From: Octopus vulgaris
Lineage: Eukaryota
Length of the DNA: 64,000 bases
Direction: 5' to 3'
NCBI GenBank assembly: GCA_951406725.2
Contig: OX597824.1
Location: forward strand, 92,008,001 to 92,072,000
The position numbers and the translations under genes are program-made. Below the pieces are notes generated by a model. It made no database searches, was not told where the DNA came from, and saw only the letters and a program-made list of their open reading frames with translations. Of the stretch, positions 42,173-57,519 are shown in pieces (position 1 is the first letter of the stretch; each line of letters begins with the position of its first letter).

Positions 42173-42589
42173 ATCAATGACATTACCTAAGGGGTCTCGA
42201 AGATTGTTTTACAATTATTTGATAACGTAACGCCTGCTCCATGTCATCTGCTTGAACATTGCTACCCTGACGCTTCACCTCTATTGAGTGGAATTCTCTT
42301 GTTGGCAGACAGATATGCATTATCACCCGTCTCCAAAATGTACAATTCATTGGGCAAACCCTCAACTTGTTAAAAGCGTACCATTCGAGTGACCAACAAA
42401 GTTTATCTGAAATTAAAATTCATCAAGATTGTGGCTTTAGTCATAATGATAGTGAAATCGGGAAGTTGTGCATTCAGTTAAATGTACCAGCTTCATCTGC
42501 TTGAGAACTCCTGCACTTCCAGATTCTTTGTGCATATTACTCCGCAGAAGTCATGTACGAAAGTTTAAGTAACAGTTGAAACGCTGATT

Positions 42590-43485
42590 CAGCTGTGCGG
42601 AGGTAACTGACATGGACAGAAAACCCATTTCGTCATTTTTTTGTTTTGTTTTGGAGGGTTTTCTCTACAGAAACCCACTTTTTCGACTGCGGATATTTCG
42701 AATCTGCAAAAAGAAAAAAAAAAGAAATATTGGCATTTCAAAATCTTAATTATCCCTTCCAACTCCCACCACTCCATTTTTTTTTCTTTTGACGAAATAC
42801 ATAGAAAAATACGGAGATTATGATTCTGAAAAAAAATTGTAAAATTTCAATTTTTCAAAAATAAATACATAAATAAACACTCCCTCCACTCCGCCAGTGC
42901 ATCTGTAACAGAAGGTGAACATGTTGTGGTTGAGGGTCTTTTGGAATTAAGGGACATCTGTACAAAATAGTTTTTTGGCATTCATATACACGATAACAAC
43001 ATGACATTTAAAAAAAGTTTTTTTCGTTTTTGGTAATTCGTATTTAGAAAGAGGATCTTCGGTTTGGCTGTTTTTTCAAGCATTCTGGTTGGAGCGTACT
43101 TAAAAATTGAAGATTTTAGAAACCTTCAAAACACGTTTTCAAAATTTTTATTTCCCCTTTCTCCATCCCTCTGGCAAAGAAAAAAAGGGTGTAGGGCAAA
43201 TTACAACTTTTAAAACGTGATTCGTTGTTTAGCTGCTGTTTCTAGCATGTTGAGTTTTCTGTTTAGATACTTTTAAACGTCTGCTATTGTAGTAGGAGGG
43301 GAGAGGTGTTTATTTATTTATTTATTTATTTATTTTGAAAAATTGAAATTTTGAAATGCCGATTGTTTTTGCAGACTCGGAATCTCTCTGCAGAATCTCT
43401 GTAGAAGAAAAAATAAGAAAATAAAAGATAAAAAAATAATCGAAAGCGAGTGCGGTCCATGTCTTTTCCCTCCGCCTTCAGCTGT
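42590..43485. mobile_element. Old foldback/MITE-like element with long imperfect inverted arms
   Basis: Termini cagctgtgcggagg..gacatggac / gtccatgtc..cctccgccttcagctg. Inner arms aaaatttcaatttttcaaaaataaata..aaacac (42841-42885) and gtgtttattt..ttttgaaaaattgaaatttt (43305-43352). Confidence 0.65.
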
Positions 43486-45437
43486 TTTATTATATGGAAG
43501 AACAGTTAAAAGAAACTATGGAGAGGCAAAATTATAGCAACCAGGTTATATAAATAAACATTTGTGAAACGTAGGGCAATATAATTGTTGAAATTGCGCA
43601 ACCACATCCATCAAGATATGCTTTTCCTCATATATCAGATTTCGCCAATATTTTATCTTACAATTATTTATTTTCTTTATCTAATGTATGATATTACATG
43701 CAGAGCAAATACGTTTTCCAAACAACCAACGAGTAATTGTTAATGAATATATAGATTAATATGCTAAACGAATTTTTAAATATTTTTCCTTCAACAATGT
43801 AGTGAAAAAATATCTGTTTAACCAACTGTTAAATAAAGTCTGCAATCATTGAAAAATATCGACCACGCTTAAATAGGGATATATAATTGATTGAGCTGTT
43901 AAATAATTAATTCTAATTGATTTTACTAGTTACATTTGAGTTGGATTACATTTATATTTATTACACCTATTGTTACAAGAAGATGAATGTTGCACGTCTA
44001 ACCTCCCCAGTTACTTTCCATAACATTCATTTATAACTTCCGTTGTTACTGTCAACTATAATTTATTACCTGCTTTGTTATCATTAACATCTGTTATGAA
44101 ATTACTTCGCCAACAACGGCTAATTATAAAGTCATGAAATTTTGACGCCATTATTTAGGAAATTATGAACAGAGTTAAAAACAGTGAAACGAGATATTTA
44201 AAGGTGCAGATGTAACATAGACGCAGGTGTTGCTGTAGAGGAAGAAGCTTGCTTCCTAATCACAGGTGTTAGTGTTCAGACAAACTGCGTGCCATCTTTT
44301 GCAGATGTCTTCTACTATAATCCTGGGCCAAACAAAGACGTGTACGTGGATTCTGTAGTGGAAAACTGAAAGAAGCCCGTCTTATATATAGAATAAGTAC
44401 TATGTTTAGAAAAACATAAGTACTGGTGTTGATTGTTTCCCTTAAAAGCGCTGCCTCAACATGGCCGCAGTCTTATGACTGAAACACGTAAAAGATAAAA
44501 GGCATGAGGTTTCCATTTCATTCATAAAGGTATAAGTGTATGCCCTTCTCTTTGTCTCAATTACAATTTAGCACGTGGAAAATTTCTTGGTTTGCTCCTA
44601 TTTTGTTCATATTTGCGTTACAAAATGAGACTGGTATAAAGCAGAAAAAAAGCATTTTGGATAAAAATTACAAATGAATGTATTCGAAAATAATTAGCGG
44701 GAATCTTGTAACAATGATTAATGCATTCAATGAATTACTTAAAAAATTAAGGAAATTAAAAAAATTATAACCAATATGGTGAGCATGCATTTATTATCGT
44801 CGAAAAAACATTTGATAAAGAAAAGGTGAATAAAACGAAGGGGATAAGAGAAGCATATCAAATGTAGCATATTCTTTTTCATGCGATTCTGTTCAAAATG
44901 GAACTGAAAGAGACTGTAGCGTGAATGACCACAAAGGTGAGAATGTAGGGGTTTACAGAATCAGATGTCGGGTGACAGAAAACGTAAAGGACTAAATATA
45001 ATAAATAAATAATGAATAATAAATAAATGTATTAATCCAATTTACATCGAATAATTTTTTCAGCAATTACAATAAGTAAAGATTACAATTTTTTTTCTTT
45101 CAGAAATTGCATAAAAAATCGGATTAAACCCTTTGGAAGCTTGGCTGATTTGTGCAAGTTGGTAGGAGGTCAAAGAATAAAAAAAAGGTCAGAATTTATA
45201 TAAAAAAGAATGCAAGAAAGCCGGCCAAAAACGTATATAAAAAGTAAATCTCTGTAAGTCTGGAAACATAGAATATTACAAATGTTATAAATGGCGGTGC
45301 CCCAGCATGGCCGCAGCTCGTGAGCTGAAACTAGATAAAATAAAATAAAATAAAATAAATAATGATATATTTTAGGTGTATAAAATAAAGTTTATAAATG
45401 AGTTTGGTTGAGCAGAAGGTGGGTTTTTGTGTATGCG

Positions 45438-45725
45438 CAATGGCCCAGTGGTTAGGGCAGCGGACTCGCGGTTTCGATTCCCGGACCGGGGGGGGGGTTG
45501 TGTGTGTTTTTTGAGCGAAAACACCTAAAGCTCCACGAGACTCCGGCTGCGGGTATAGTGGCGATCCCTGTTGTACTCTTTCGTCCCAACTTTCTCTCAC
45601 TCTTTCTTCTTGTTTCTTGAGTAACGCCGCGATGGACTGGCATCCGGTTCAGCTGAGGGGAACACATACGCCATAGTAACCGGGAAACCGGGCCCATGAG
45701 CCTGGCTAAGCTTGAAAAGAGCGCA
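45438..45725 (+). mobile_element. SINE family C head with an alternative 3' body
   Basis: Head tggcccagtggttagggcagcggactcgcggtttcgattcc; 3' part gcgatggactggcatcc...aaccgggaaaccggg differs from the 22938 and 57520 tails. Confidence 0.8.
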
Positions 45726-45734
45726 TAAAAAATA

Positions 45735-45900
45735 AAGAAAGTGGGTTTTTAATGATCTTTTGAAATTTGACAGCGAAAAGATGTCTTTTAGCTTTTGTGG
45801 TAAAATATTATTCCATAGGCAAGAAGAAAACAAGATGATGATAGTGAGTTCCAGAGAGCAGCAATTCGAGGAAAAGTTGTTAACAGAATGGAAAGATTTA
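45735..45900 (-). mobile_element. CR1/L2-like LINE C-terminal fragments
   Basis: Peptides FPRIAALWNSL and LWNNILPQKLKDIFSLSNFKRSLKTHF match the LWN-x-LP ... SL-x-x-FK-x-x-LKT LINE terminus. Confidence 0.6.
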
Positions 45901-47329
45901 TGGCTAACAGGAAGCTCAACAGGGAAACAATGTGCGTGAAAAAGAAACAGATGACAGGAAAAGCTCTTGACAGCCGGTATAAAACTAGGTAGTGCATCAG
46001 GGCAATGGCCATGGAAATAGTTATAGAAAAGATGTAAGAAAAATAGAATTAAGGGATAAATTTTAACTGAAAGACACGTTAACTACCATAGGATAAAAAA
46101 ACGGATCCCTAGAAATTTACCTTTTGGAACATGATAAATAGTAACAAAAACAAGCCGAAATATATGAAAGTTACATGAATTCAGTGCCAAAAATTCTTCC
46201 GCGAGTTCTACATATAAAACTAATTGCAGAAATTCCTGAACTGTGCAATGATGGCGAAGGTGAGATGGAAATATAAAATGTGGAGCATTAAGCGCCGAAC
46301 AAAAGTTTGAAATCTTTGATGAGCATACGTTCAATTCAGTAACCAAAAAGAAAACAGATTTGTTGAAAGTGGTGTAAAATTTGGAAAAAATATTGGGAAC
46401 AGGAATTACCGAATTCTGTAATTGGTTCCAAAATTATGTATCCGATTTCAAAAATGAATACAGTTCCGTCAACAGCAAATTGACAACAAAAATATAACGC
46501 AATGAGAATCGAACAACCACCAGTTCCAAACAAATTTTGAATAATATTCAGAACGATATAGCAATTCAAAGAAAACTTTATGTTTCGAAGTATATCGTTT
46601 ACAACGCAGAAATTATAACAACTCAGATATCAGAAATATAACAACCTAGAAACGATTTTCAAAATAGGAACACAAATTTAGTTCCAACAACGAGAAATAA
46701 TCAGAGAAATTAAATTTTGAATCTCATCCAAGAAACATGGATTCTGTAAATACATTTATATTCTTAGGCGACGAAATCTCACTTCAAACCACACTAATAA
46801 ATTTACAAATACTAATTATTCAAGCCAATGAAATTATAGTAACTAGTTTTTACTGTTTGTCCAGAGGAATAAGAAGAATAGAATTACACTTGAAAAACCG
46901 TGAATTTTAAATTTATCTGGAAAGACATTAGCAACACAAAAAAGTCGATTTACTAACAAATAAAAAAAAAAATTACCAAAATCCCCGAAGATCTAATTAC
47001 AATGAAATTGAAGACGACATTTCAGAATTTTGTAGAAAATTGCTACTCACAGAAGAATTACGATGATAAATTATTTGTTAAGACAACAAGCAATTATTCT
47101 TCACCCAAAAGTAGGAATAAAATACTTGCAGATTTTTGTGACGTTTTCTATTTTCCATATTGTATCCCTGATAGACAAGAATTTAGTCACATTTCAGTAG
47201 TTCTGAATAGTGAAATAATAATTGAAATGTAATATCGTGAAGAAATTTAAAATTAAATATCATTCAAACATAATGACCGTTATACAAATATGCTTTTATA
47301 CACGGTAGAGGATGATATACATTACGAAA

Positions 47330-48720
47330 TGTTTAGAAACTAAAGCCCGCATGATAAAAGAAAAACATGTTTACCGAAAAAGGATTGATTGCTAAGGAAT
47401 ATGATTCCATAACAAAATCTAAATGTCAATCATAAACTATTCTTTGGCAAACAAAAATTCAAAGAATTGGAATGATACTCAAAGTATGCAACCAATGTAC
47501 AGGCAAATGCATAAACATCTATGCACAAGAATTGAAAATTAAATCTAATACAAGATGGTTCTACATGTAAAGCACACCCTTTGATGAACTTTTAGAAATT
47601 ATATTATAAACCATTCTAAGATAATTTTAAAGTTTTATAAGAAAAGTTAAGCAATCTGAATCACATTACAAGCATAATCAATTAAAACACTGACAAAAAG
47701 TTCGTATATTTTAGTTTTGAATTTCGATACACATATTCCTCACTAGTTTGGAATAGGAGCAATAACATTTTGCTAGCAGATTATGTAGCAAAAATGCCTG
47801 AACTTGTCGAAAATTTATCATTATCATCTAATGATTTATCAATTTCGAGTATAAATATTAAATTTCATGTCAAGTTTGTTTTCAACTAATAACAAGAAAG
47901 ATTCAGAACTGCAATGGGCACAAAAGTAGTCCCCATCTTTACAATTTAGATATTATATGTTTGGAGATTACAGTGTACTGAAATCGCTTAAGAGAATACG
48001 TGAACTAATTCTATCAAGACATAAGAGTAAATGTGAAAACGACTTCTAGAGTGTTGCTTCATTCTTTTGAATGAAAGTATCTACAAATTAAATAAACTTA
48101 AAATGAGACCTGATGGAAAAATAAAACTTTCAATTCTCGTTGGAATACAGTCGAGAGAAACTAACATTCTTAAATATTTAAATAATGCAAATTGACAGCT
48201 GATTTGGGACAGACATATATTTCAAGCTCATAGACTCATGACAATATCTGCTCTGTATATCATGTCAGCCGAAACACACATGAACAAATATTCCTTTTTA
48301 ATTTAGTTAAATGGATACGTACAGTGCTGTCGAATATAAATACCCGCAATAAAGAATTCAGCTTGAAGCTATAGAAACATTACCGTCCATACTCAACGGT
48401 GAATTGATAAAATACACCAAGACAATTGGAATCCAGATTAAAAAGATAAATAAGTAAAACACTGCGACACACCTGAATTGAAAATATTGCCAGGTGTCTC
48501 TACTCTCACTGTTAAAACCTATAAAAGTCTATAATATTATTTTTCGAAATGCATCGAAGTCAAAAAGGGCGACGCGGTTGATTGGATTTAGTAAACGAAA
48601 AACATAAATTAATAACGGGATTATCAAATGATGCCTAAATGTATTCAGCAACAACAAAGCCAACCGTCAGGACGTGCAGTCGACCGAACGGTTGAAATTG
48701 TTTAACTTGTCACTAGGATA
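47330..48720 (+). pseudogene. Heavily decayed Penelope-like element RT/thumb region (copy 2, different lineage)
   Basis: TAMGTKVVPIF (47908), KRLLECCFIL (decayed catalytic motif, about 48037), TDIYFKLIDS*QYLLCISCQPKHT*TNIPF (48209), and a Cys-containing linker near 48660-48710. The element may extend upstream to about 46200. Confidence 0.7.
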
Positions 48721-49359
48721 GTCATATAATTTGCGTGCCGTTTGAAAGTGTCCAGTACAAGGTTCGAATCTTGCCATAATGCATACCAACTTCAAAACGG
48801 GTGGAAACTTTCCTCACTTCAATGCTATGAAAACTGACTGAATATTAAATACGTCTGGCTGACTTTTCCTTTATTTATATGTGATAGAAATTTCAATTAA
48901 TTAATTATTATTCAATGTATTACTCTTTAGTTAATGGGGGTTTTTAACGTCAACGAGCGTCAACGCAATGCAATAGTTGATTTGTCTCTCTTCACCTTCT
49001 GATAATTCAGAGATCAATCAAAATTATTGACCATTGGCTCAACAGAAGTCGTTTTATAAGTTTGTCCTAAATGTCCATAATTGCTTTCTGACTTTTCGTT
49101 ATCTCTCGTTTCATACGATCTGAGTAATGTAAAGCTTTACTTTCGTAAGCTCCAAGTTACTCTGTTGGATGAGAACAATAGATATTCGTTTTATATATTA
49201 TGCATGGACGCTTCGAAAATATGCCCTGTATAAGACGTGTGCTATACTGGACAAACAAAAGATTTAAAGTATTATCTTTATAAATATGGCCTCAACGCTT
49301 GAAAATAAATTCCTCCATTATTATTACTAGTTATTAGGCGAAGACGTGGCTGTGTTGTA

Positions 49360-49409
<50 letters not shown>

Positions 49410-49536
49410 TATATACATCCATTTATACATATATTATATATATATATATGTATATATATATATTATATATGTATATATATATATATATATATACATATAT
49501 ACATCCATTTATACATATATTATATATATATGTATG

Positions 49537-49597
<61 letters not shown>

Positions 49598-50411
49598 CAT
49601 ATATATATATGCGCGCTTCCCGTAAATGTAACAAGGTTAGCGTGCTTAGTAGCTTTCAGAGTTAATGTTTGATTTTGATTTTTAGCAATCGCTGGTGCTA
49701 TTTCGCGCCTTTTATTTATGAATTCGCTTTCGGTTTTTAATTGCTAGCGAGCCACTCATAATATAATTTATTTAATATATTTTAATGCATTAATATACCA
49801 TTGTAGTATCAGCTTGTAAGTGTATATACATTACTTTTTAATATATGCATTAGCATTTCACCAAATCAGCCATAAATGTATATGGTAAATATACATACTG
49901 ACAAGATGGTTTAGCCAAACCAGCGAATGATTGAGTAGTCACTGTTGAGTAGTCACTGATTGATGGGCAAAACAAGTGAGTGATGATGATGCGAATATTG
50001 ATTACTAGTTTTACTTTGTAAAACCTAAGCTGACACAATTACGCAAAATGACACATAAGCGAGTGCTGAAATGGTTGCGTGACTAAAGATTTCATTTCTT
50101 AATGACGGGCTACCAGGTTCGAATCCATTGCACAGCGCCTTGGACAATTGGCATCTATTGTCGTTTCAGCATAGAATTTACAAGACGGAACCTGTACGGA
50201 ATCCCTTTGTACTTGTATGTATGTATACGTGTTTTCTTTTTTGCTGTCTGTTTGTCTCCTGTTCAATCATTTCGACAAAATGGAGATTTTACAATGGATA
50301 TCGGGCGAAATACGTCTGCGATCGGTAATGGCAGTGGCAGCGTCTCAGAATCACTACAGTTCAAAGAATGAAACCAATAAAAGCATAAATCAGTAAATTA
50401 TATGCCTGTAA

Positions 50412-50583
<172 letters not shown>

Positions 50584-50605
50584 CATATATATATATATAT
50601 ATATA

Positions 50606-50803
50606 GTTAATCCAAACATGAAAACACAACAACGCGAGGACGTGGAACAAGTATAGTATTATTGGACGCTCAGGAATGGAAAGAAAGGAGGATTTAACGT
50701 TTCGAGCGGAGCTTTTCGTCAGAAACATAGGAAAAGGAAAGATCCAAGGAAGAGAAGACGGAGGGAAAAAAAATCGCCAACGATACACACGCGCTCGCTC
50801 ACA
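50606..50803 (-). mobile_element. About 200-bp (TA)n-anchored element with minimal hammerhead (50692-50726)
   Basis: Minus strand gttt CTGACGA aaagc-tcc-gctc GAA ACGT T aaat; its 3' end runs into (TA)n. Confidence 0.65.
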
Positions 50804-51596
50804 GTATATATTTATTTTCTAAATCCTCTACCTAAAATTAAAATTATCATTACACCTGGTAAATTGCTTTTTTCCAAAATAAATATATGACTATATAAAT
50901 ATTTTTGTGCTTCTGTGTTTGTGTAAACTCGTGAAACAACGACGTGCTTTATTATGGCAAAATATGGTTTTACGACTCATTCGTAGAAGAACGAGAAAAT
51001 AGGCATAACGCTTATGAATAGGAACGAAATTAACGGTGGACATAATCTCATTCTAAACCGGTTTCTAACAGGACCGCAGAATATTGAGATGAAACCAGCA
51101 GAAAGAGTAAATAGAAACGGGAGTAATGCAATTTAAAAGACAAATAAATATATAAATAAAAAGAAATATACCAAGAAACACAAAGTATATGTGAAATTTC
51201 AACAGTAATATGTGATATATCACTAAGTGAATATTCTAGAATTTACAGCAGTAAACAACATTGAGCCACGAATATAATTCAATAATATTCGAAATAAAAT
51301 TAAAAAGAATAAAAAAACATAAAATAATAAATATATCGGAATATAAAAAATCTGTATATTCTGCTTATAATCTAATGTTTGAAAATAAACTTGAATTTAT
51401 ATGTCAAACAGTAATGTCGTTGGCGGTATAGTAGACATAATACATGAGAATTTACAATGTTCCCACCAATATACATTGTCTATACGGATCGTCTGCATAT
51501 ATGTAGAGGCAACAATACAATATAAATCTTTGGAACAGATGACAAATTGTTATAAAACATTCAGATACACGACTGAACTGAATATGTATATATATA

Positions 51597-51802
51597 GTTA
51601 ATCCAAACCTGAAAACACAAAGAGAAAACACAACAACGTGAGGACGTGGAACAAGTATAGTATTATTGGACGCTCAGGAAAGAAGGAAAGAATGAGGGTT
51701 TAAAGTTTCGAGCGGAGCTCTTCGTCAGAAACATAGGAAAAGGAAAGATCCAAAGAAGGGAAGACGGAGGAAAAAAATTGCCAAAGATACATACGCGGTC
51801 AC

Positions 51803-51803
<1 letters not shown>
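51597..51803 (-). mobile_element. Second copy of the 200-bp hammerhead-bearing element (motif 51697-51732)
   Basis: Aligns with 50606-50803; gttt CTGACGA a gagc-tcc-gctc GAA ACTT T aaac. Stem II is perfect but the stem III palindrome is mutated. Confidence 0.65.
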
Positions 51804-51901
<98 letters not shown>

Positions 51902-51923
51902 GACATATATATATTTATATATT

Positions 51924-51973
<50 letters not shown>

Positions 51974-52022
51974 CATATATATTTATTTATATATTGACAT
52001 ATATATATATATATATATATAT

Positions 52023-52213
52023 ATTTTATTGAAGGAGCTTCTACAGGACTAGAACTCTTTCATTCAAATGAAATCCTCAGAGCTTCCTGATGATTTCATT
52101 TGAATGAAACAGTTCTAGTCCTATAGAAGCTCCTTCTATAAAATAAATTAATTTACTCTGCCATGTATTGAGTACCTTATTTGCTGTGGTTAACCCCGAC
52201 TCAACCCGGGACC
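52023..52213. mobile_element. (TA)n-embedded element beginning with a 58-bp-arm inverted repeat that carries hammerhead core motifs
   Basis: 52023-52080 is the reverse complement of 52087-52144; the right arm starts CTGATGA tttcatttgaat GAA ACAGT T. Confidence 0.6.
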
Positions 52214-52397
52214 TATATATATATATATATATATATATAAAAGGGGATTTAGAAAGTGATGTCCTGTTTTACAATCCTGTAAGTAATGAACATATTTCAT
52301 GAGCTTAAATCTTATAAGTGATCACAGTGAATTGATTACAAGGAATAATGTAATATTGGGGCATATACGCCCTCGACGGAAAAAAAGTAGTGTTTTC

Positions 52398-52469
52398 AGT
52401 ATGCGTGGTAATCGAACCCACGCCTATGTCTTTTCACGACTTGTGTGCTACCATTACACTAAGGACACC
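52398..52469 (-). pseudogene. tRNA-like sequence (GAA at the anticodon position); pseudogene or solo SINE head
   Basis: Minus strand ggtgtccttagtgtaatggtagcacacaagtcgtgaaaagacataggcgtgggttcgattaccacgcatact: A and B boxes and D and T arms are present; anticodon and acceptor stems are imperfect. Confidence 0.5.
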
Positions 52470-53112
52470 TGGTTTCTTCCCATCAGATTTATGAATTATA
52501 ATTACATAGTGCTGTTTTGATAAGCAAATGTGTATTTTCTACGAAGATAGAAAGACAGAAAGAGAGGAAATAACAATTGAAAGGCAACACTAAAGTGACG
52601 GTCGGTGCTAATCAGCATTAGCATTGCTAGAAATAAGAGTCAAAACACCTCTTCGCCACGTGCGAGTACTTTCCTAACGACTAACATAGGATACGAGCGC
52701 CCTACAGCAAGAGAGATAAATTCTCATTTGACTGTTTTAGGAATCAGACAATGTTCCATATGGTGTTTCCTATAAGACTGAGAAGGTGAGTTACGTTTTT
52801 TAGCCATCGGCGATGGAGTAATAGGTCACTGATAACGATTAATCAAATCTGAAAACAGCGCTTATATGATCATCTCGCATCCCGTAGGGATCCTACCTTC
52901 CTTGTCAGTTGTTAGAAAAGTGCTCGAACGCGGCTAGAAATTGTTTTGAGGGCAATGCTGACTATCACCTTCCATCACAATAATGACGACTATAATTTTC
53001 TCTCTGTGTCTTTCTGTCTCTCTCTTCTGTTGGCCTGCTCGCTTAGCCAGCAGGGTGGCGTCATTTAAAGGCTAAAACAATGCGAAGCCTGGTCGGTCAC
53101 GGTGATCACGTT

Positions 53113-53149
<37 letters not shown>

Positions 53150-53943
53150 ATTGCTTCACCTTGAGAGATGATAGCTGTCACATCAACACACACATCACAC
53201 CACATCACACAGTACATTCACTCCGTTGATGGGTCCTTAGATGACTTTTAAGACCAGCTTCTGTCTGACAGGGTTTAAAACACAAGTGACAGATATTATT
53301 CAAATTCCTTCTATCTCTGTGATTTTTCGCCAACATTTACTTTGATATTATCTATCGCTGTCAATGAACTTTGAAAAGTGTTTATTCAATTCCTACTTTA
53401 TAATTTTAAATTCTGTTAAAGTCCCATTGTTTATGTACATTCATAAACAACACATTGCTGAAACTAATATGGTATGTATGTGAATAAAACTATTTAATGA
53501 TAACTACACATTTCCAAATCAGCTGCTTTTCCTCACAAGCAAATTCGGTTTACATTTATAGTCTTGTTTATCAAATCTTGTATATCATAATCTAAGAATA
53601 TAGAGCAATGACCGTTAGAAAAAGGCATGGGGGAGTTGAAAGAATCATAGTGGGTATAGTCATAGAACTTGTCAAGATTAGTTTGAAGTAGCATAAAGTA
53701 ACTGGCTATAACGAGGTTTGGTAGAGGAAGAACTTAAAACAAGATGTTAATTGCCAGTTAACGGGGAAGAGACTAATAAAAGCAACGATGATAATACAGA
53801 GGAAATATTTATGGGGTACTATATTTAAACAATATTGTTATATTGTATAAAGATAAAATTTAAGGTTAACCCTAAATTTTATCTAAGATATCAGTGCTAT
53901 CTTCCTTTTTGCATAATTATGGCGGCGGTTTATTCATTACACC

Positions 53944-53993
<50 letters not shown>

Positions 53994-54071
53994 ATATATC
54001 TTCATCTCTCAGTCTCTCATTCTTTCCCTGTCTGTCTTTATGTCTATCTGAGTGTTAGTCTGTCTGTCTAT

Positions 54072-54153
<82 letters not shown>

Positions 54154-54227
54154 CTCTCTCACTCTCATTCTTTCCCTGTCTGTCTTTGTGTCTATCTGTG
54201 TGTCTCTGTGTCTGTCTGTCTCTCTCT

Positions 54228-54280
<53 letters not shown>

Positions 54281-54473
54281 CATACATACATATATAGATA
54301 TTTGTATGTGTGTCAGTGCGTGCGTGTCTGTATGTATGGATTGATGCATGTATTTTTGCGTGTGTATTTGTCCCATTTTCACCATGACCTTTCCCGACAT
54401 GGATAATGAGAAATGCATTATTAAATATTGACGAAGTGACATTCAACGATTATAAACACAACACACATACACA

Positions 54474-54524
<51 letters not shown>

Positions 54525-54879
54525 GCAATTATGCCCCTATATCCCCCCCAGATAATCTGTATCAATATTTATGTATGAAATATTCAGTATACCTGAATAG
54601 AAAACAGGATGATTTATTATCATTGCAAATATATTTACAACATTAACGTAAAGGTGTCTTTGATTTAGGGACTTTGTCATCAGCTACAGGTGTTCCAGTT
54701 CTTAGACTCCACTTTTTACACTGCAATTTTGCATTATCGATGCAGTGGGGGGGGGGCGGAGCGGTGAAAGGCAGAGGTGAATTTAACGGGAGCTGAAATC
54801 ATACGTTAAGGAGTCGCAACAAATGCTGTAAAGTAATTTCTGTCCGGCATTCGCGTGATTGCTCCAACTGGGCACCATG

Positions 54880-55625
<746 letters not shown>

Positions 55626-56295
55626 CAATAGTAAAGAGGAAAATATATTAACAATAATAAGGCATAAATGTATGTATATTTATATATCCATCTACACATG
55701 GCAGAATTGTTAGCATGCCGGGCGAAATGCCGCTACGTTCTGAGTTCAAATCCTGCCGGGGTCGACTTTACCTTTCATTCTTTTGGGGTTGGTAAATTAA
55801 GTACCAGTTGCGTGCTGGGGTCGATATAAACGACTATCCTTCATCTCCAAATTTCAGGACCTTGTACCTATAATAGAAAGGATTACTATTATTACTAATA
55901 AGGCGGCGAGCTGGCAGAACTGTTGACCCGCGGGGCAAAATGCTTGGCGGTATTTAGTTCATCTTTACATTTTGAGTTCAAATTCCATCGATTTCGACTT
56001 TTCCTTTCATCATTTGTGGGTCGGTAAAATAAGTACCAGCTGTGTACTGTGTTCAATGTGGTCGACTCATCTACTCTCTCGAAATTGCTTGCCTTGTGCC
56101 AAAATTATTATTATTATTATTATTATTATCATCATCAGCATCATCATCATCATCGTCATCCTCCTCCCCCTCATCCTCCTCATCATCATCGCCATCCCCT
56201 CCTCCTCCTTATCATCATCATCAACATCATCTTCATTGTCATCATTATTGTTATTATAGTGAGAGAGCAGTGCATGCCAGCAAGGTGACACTGGG

Positions 56296-56342
<47 letters not shown>

Positions 56343-56358
56343 GATACTATTATTATTA

Positions 56359-56396
<38 letters not shown>

Positions 56397-56397
56397 G

Positions 56398-56484
<87 letters not shown>

Positions 56485-56494
56485 TATTATTATA

Positions 56495-56532
<38 letters not shown>

Positions 56533-56626
56533 TAATAATAATAACAATAATAATAATAATAATAATAATAATGATGATAATACTAATACTAATAATAATA
56601 ATCCTAATAATAATAACAACAACAAC

Positions 56627-56670
<44 letters not shown>

Positions 56671-56674
56671 CAAC

Positions 56675-56741
<67 letters not shown>

Positions 56742-57101
56742 TGCCTCATATATCTACGAGCACTGTAGTGTTTGCATCAGTATATATTTATTCATATTCT
56801 GCTGCAACCGGCTGCGTGGTATGAATGTAATAAAATTGGATTTGGCGTAGCAAATTCTTGGATAGTCTGGAATCATGAATGAGCGGATTTGGCAGAATCT
56901 TTGCATGTGAGAATCAGATTTATTAGCTGAATGCTTCTTCCTTCTTCCTTGCCAAAGCTCGCCTATAAAACCGAGAGGAACACACACAACCATCAGAGAT
57001 ATGAAACGTCAATGTAAGCAGTGAATGTGTCCACATATGCACACATACGCCTGCACTCACTCACACACACACATTTATATTTGCATAAAACTGAGCTTAT
57101 G

Positions 57102-57158
<57 letters not shown>

Positions 57159-57164
57159 TGTATA

Positions 57165-57325
<161 letters not shown>

Positions 57326-57337
57326 GTATATATATGT

Positions 57338-57383
<46 letters not shown>

Positions 57384-57406
57384 ATATATATATATGTATA
57401 TAGATG

Positions 57407-57442
<36 letters not shown>

Positions 57443-57519
57443 TACATTCATACATACACACTCATATGTCTGTATATGTGTGTGTGTGTGCGTCTGTATA
57501 ACAAGCAAAGTGGAGGTGC

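Noticed and set aside
49890-49950. ctgacaa + hairpin tggttt/aaacca + gaat + hairpin
   Set aside because: Core deviates at two invariant positions and stem I is weak.
52398-52469. Functional tRNA-Phe gene
   Set aside because: Acceptor and anticodon stems are mismatched; kept only as a pseudogene or SINE head. tRNAscan-SE would decide.
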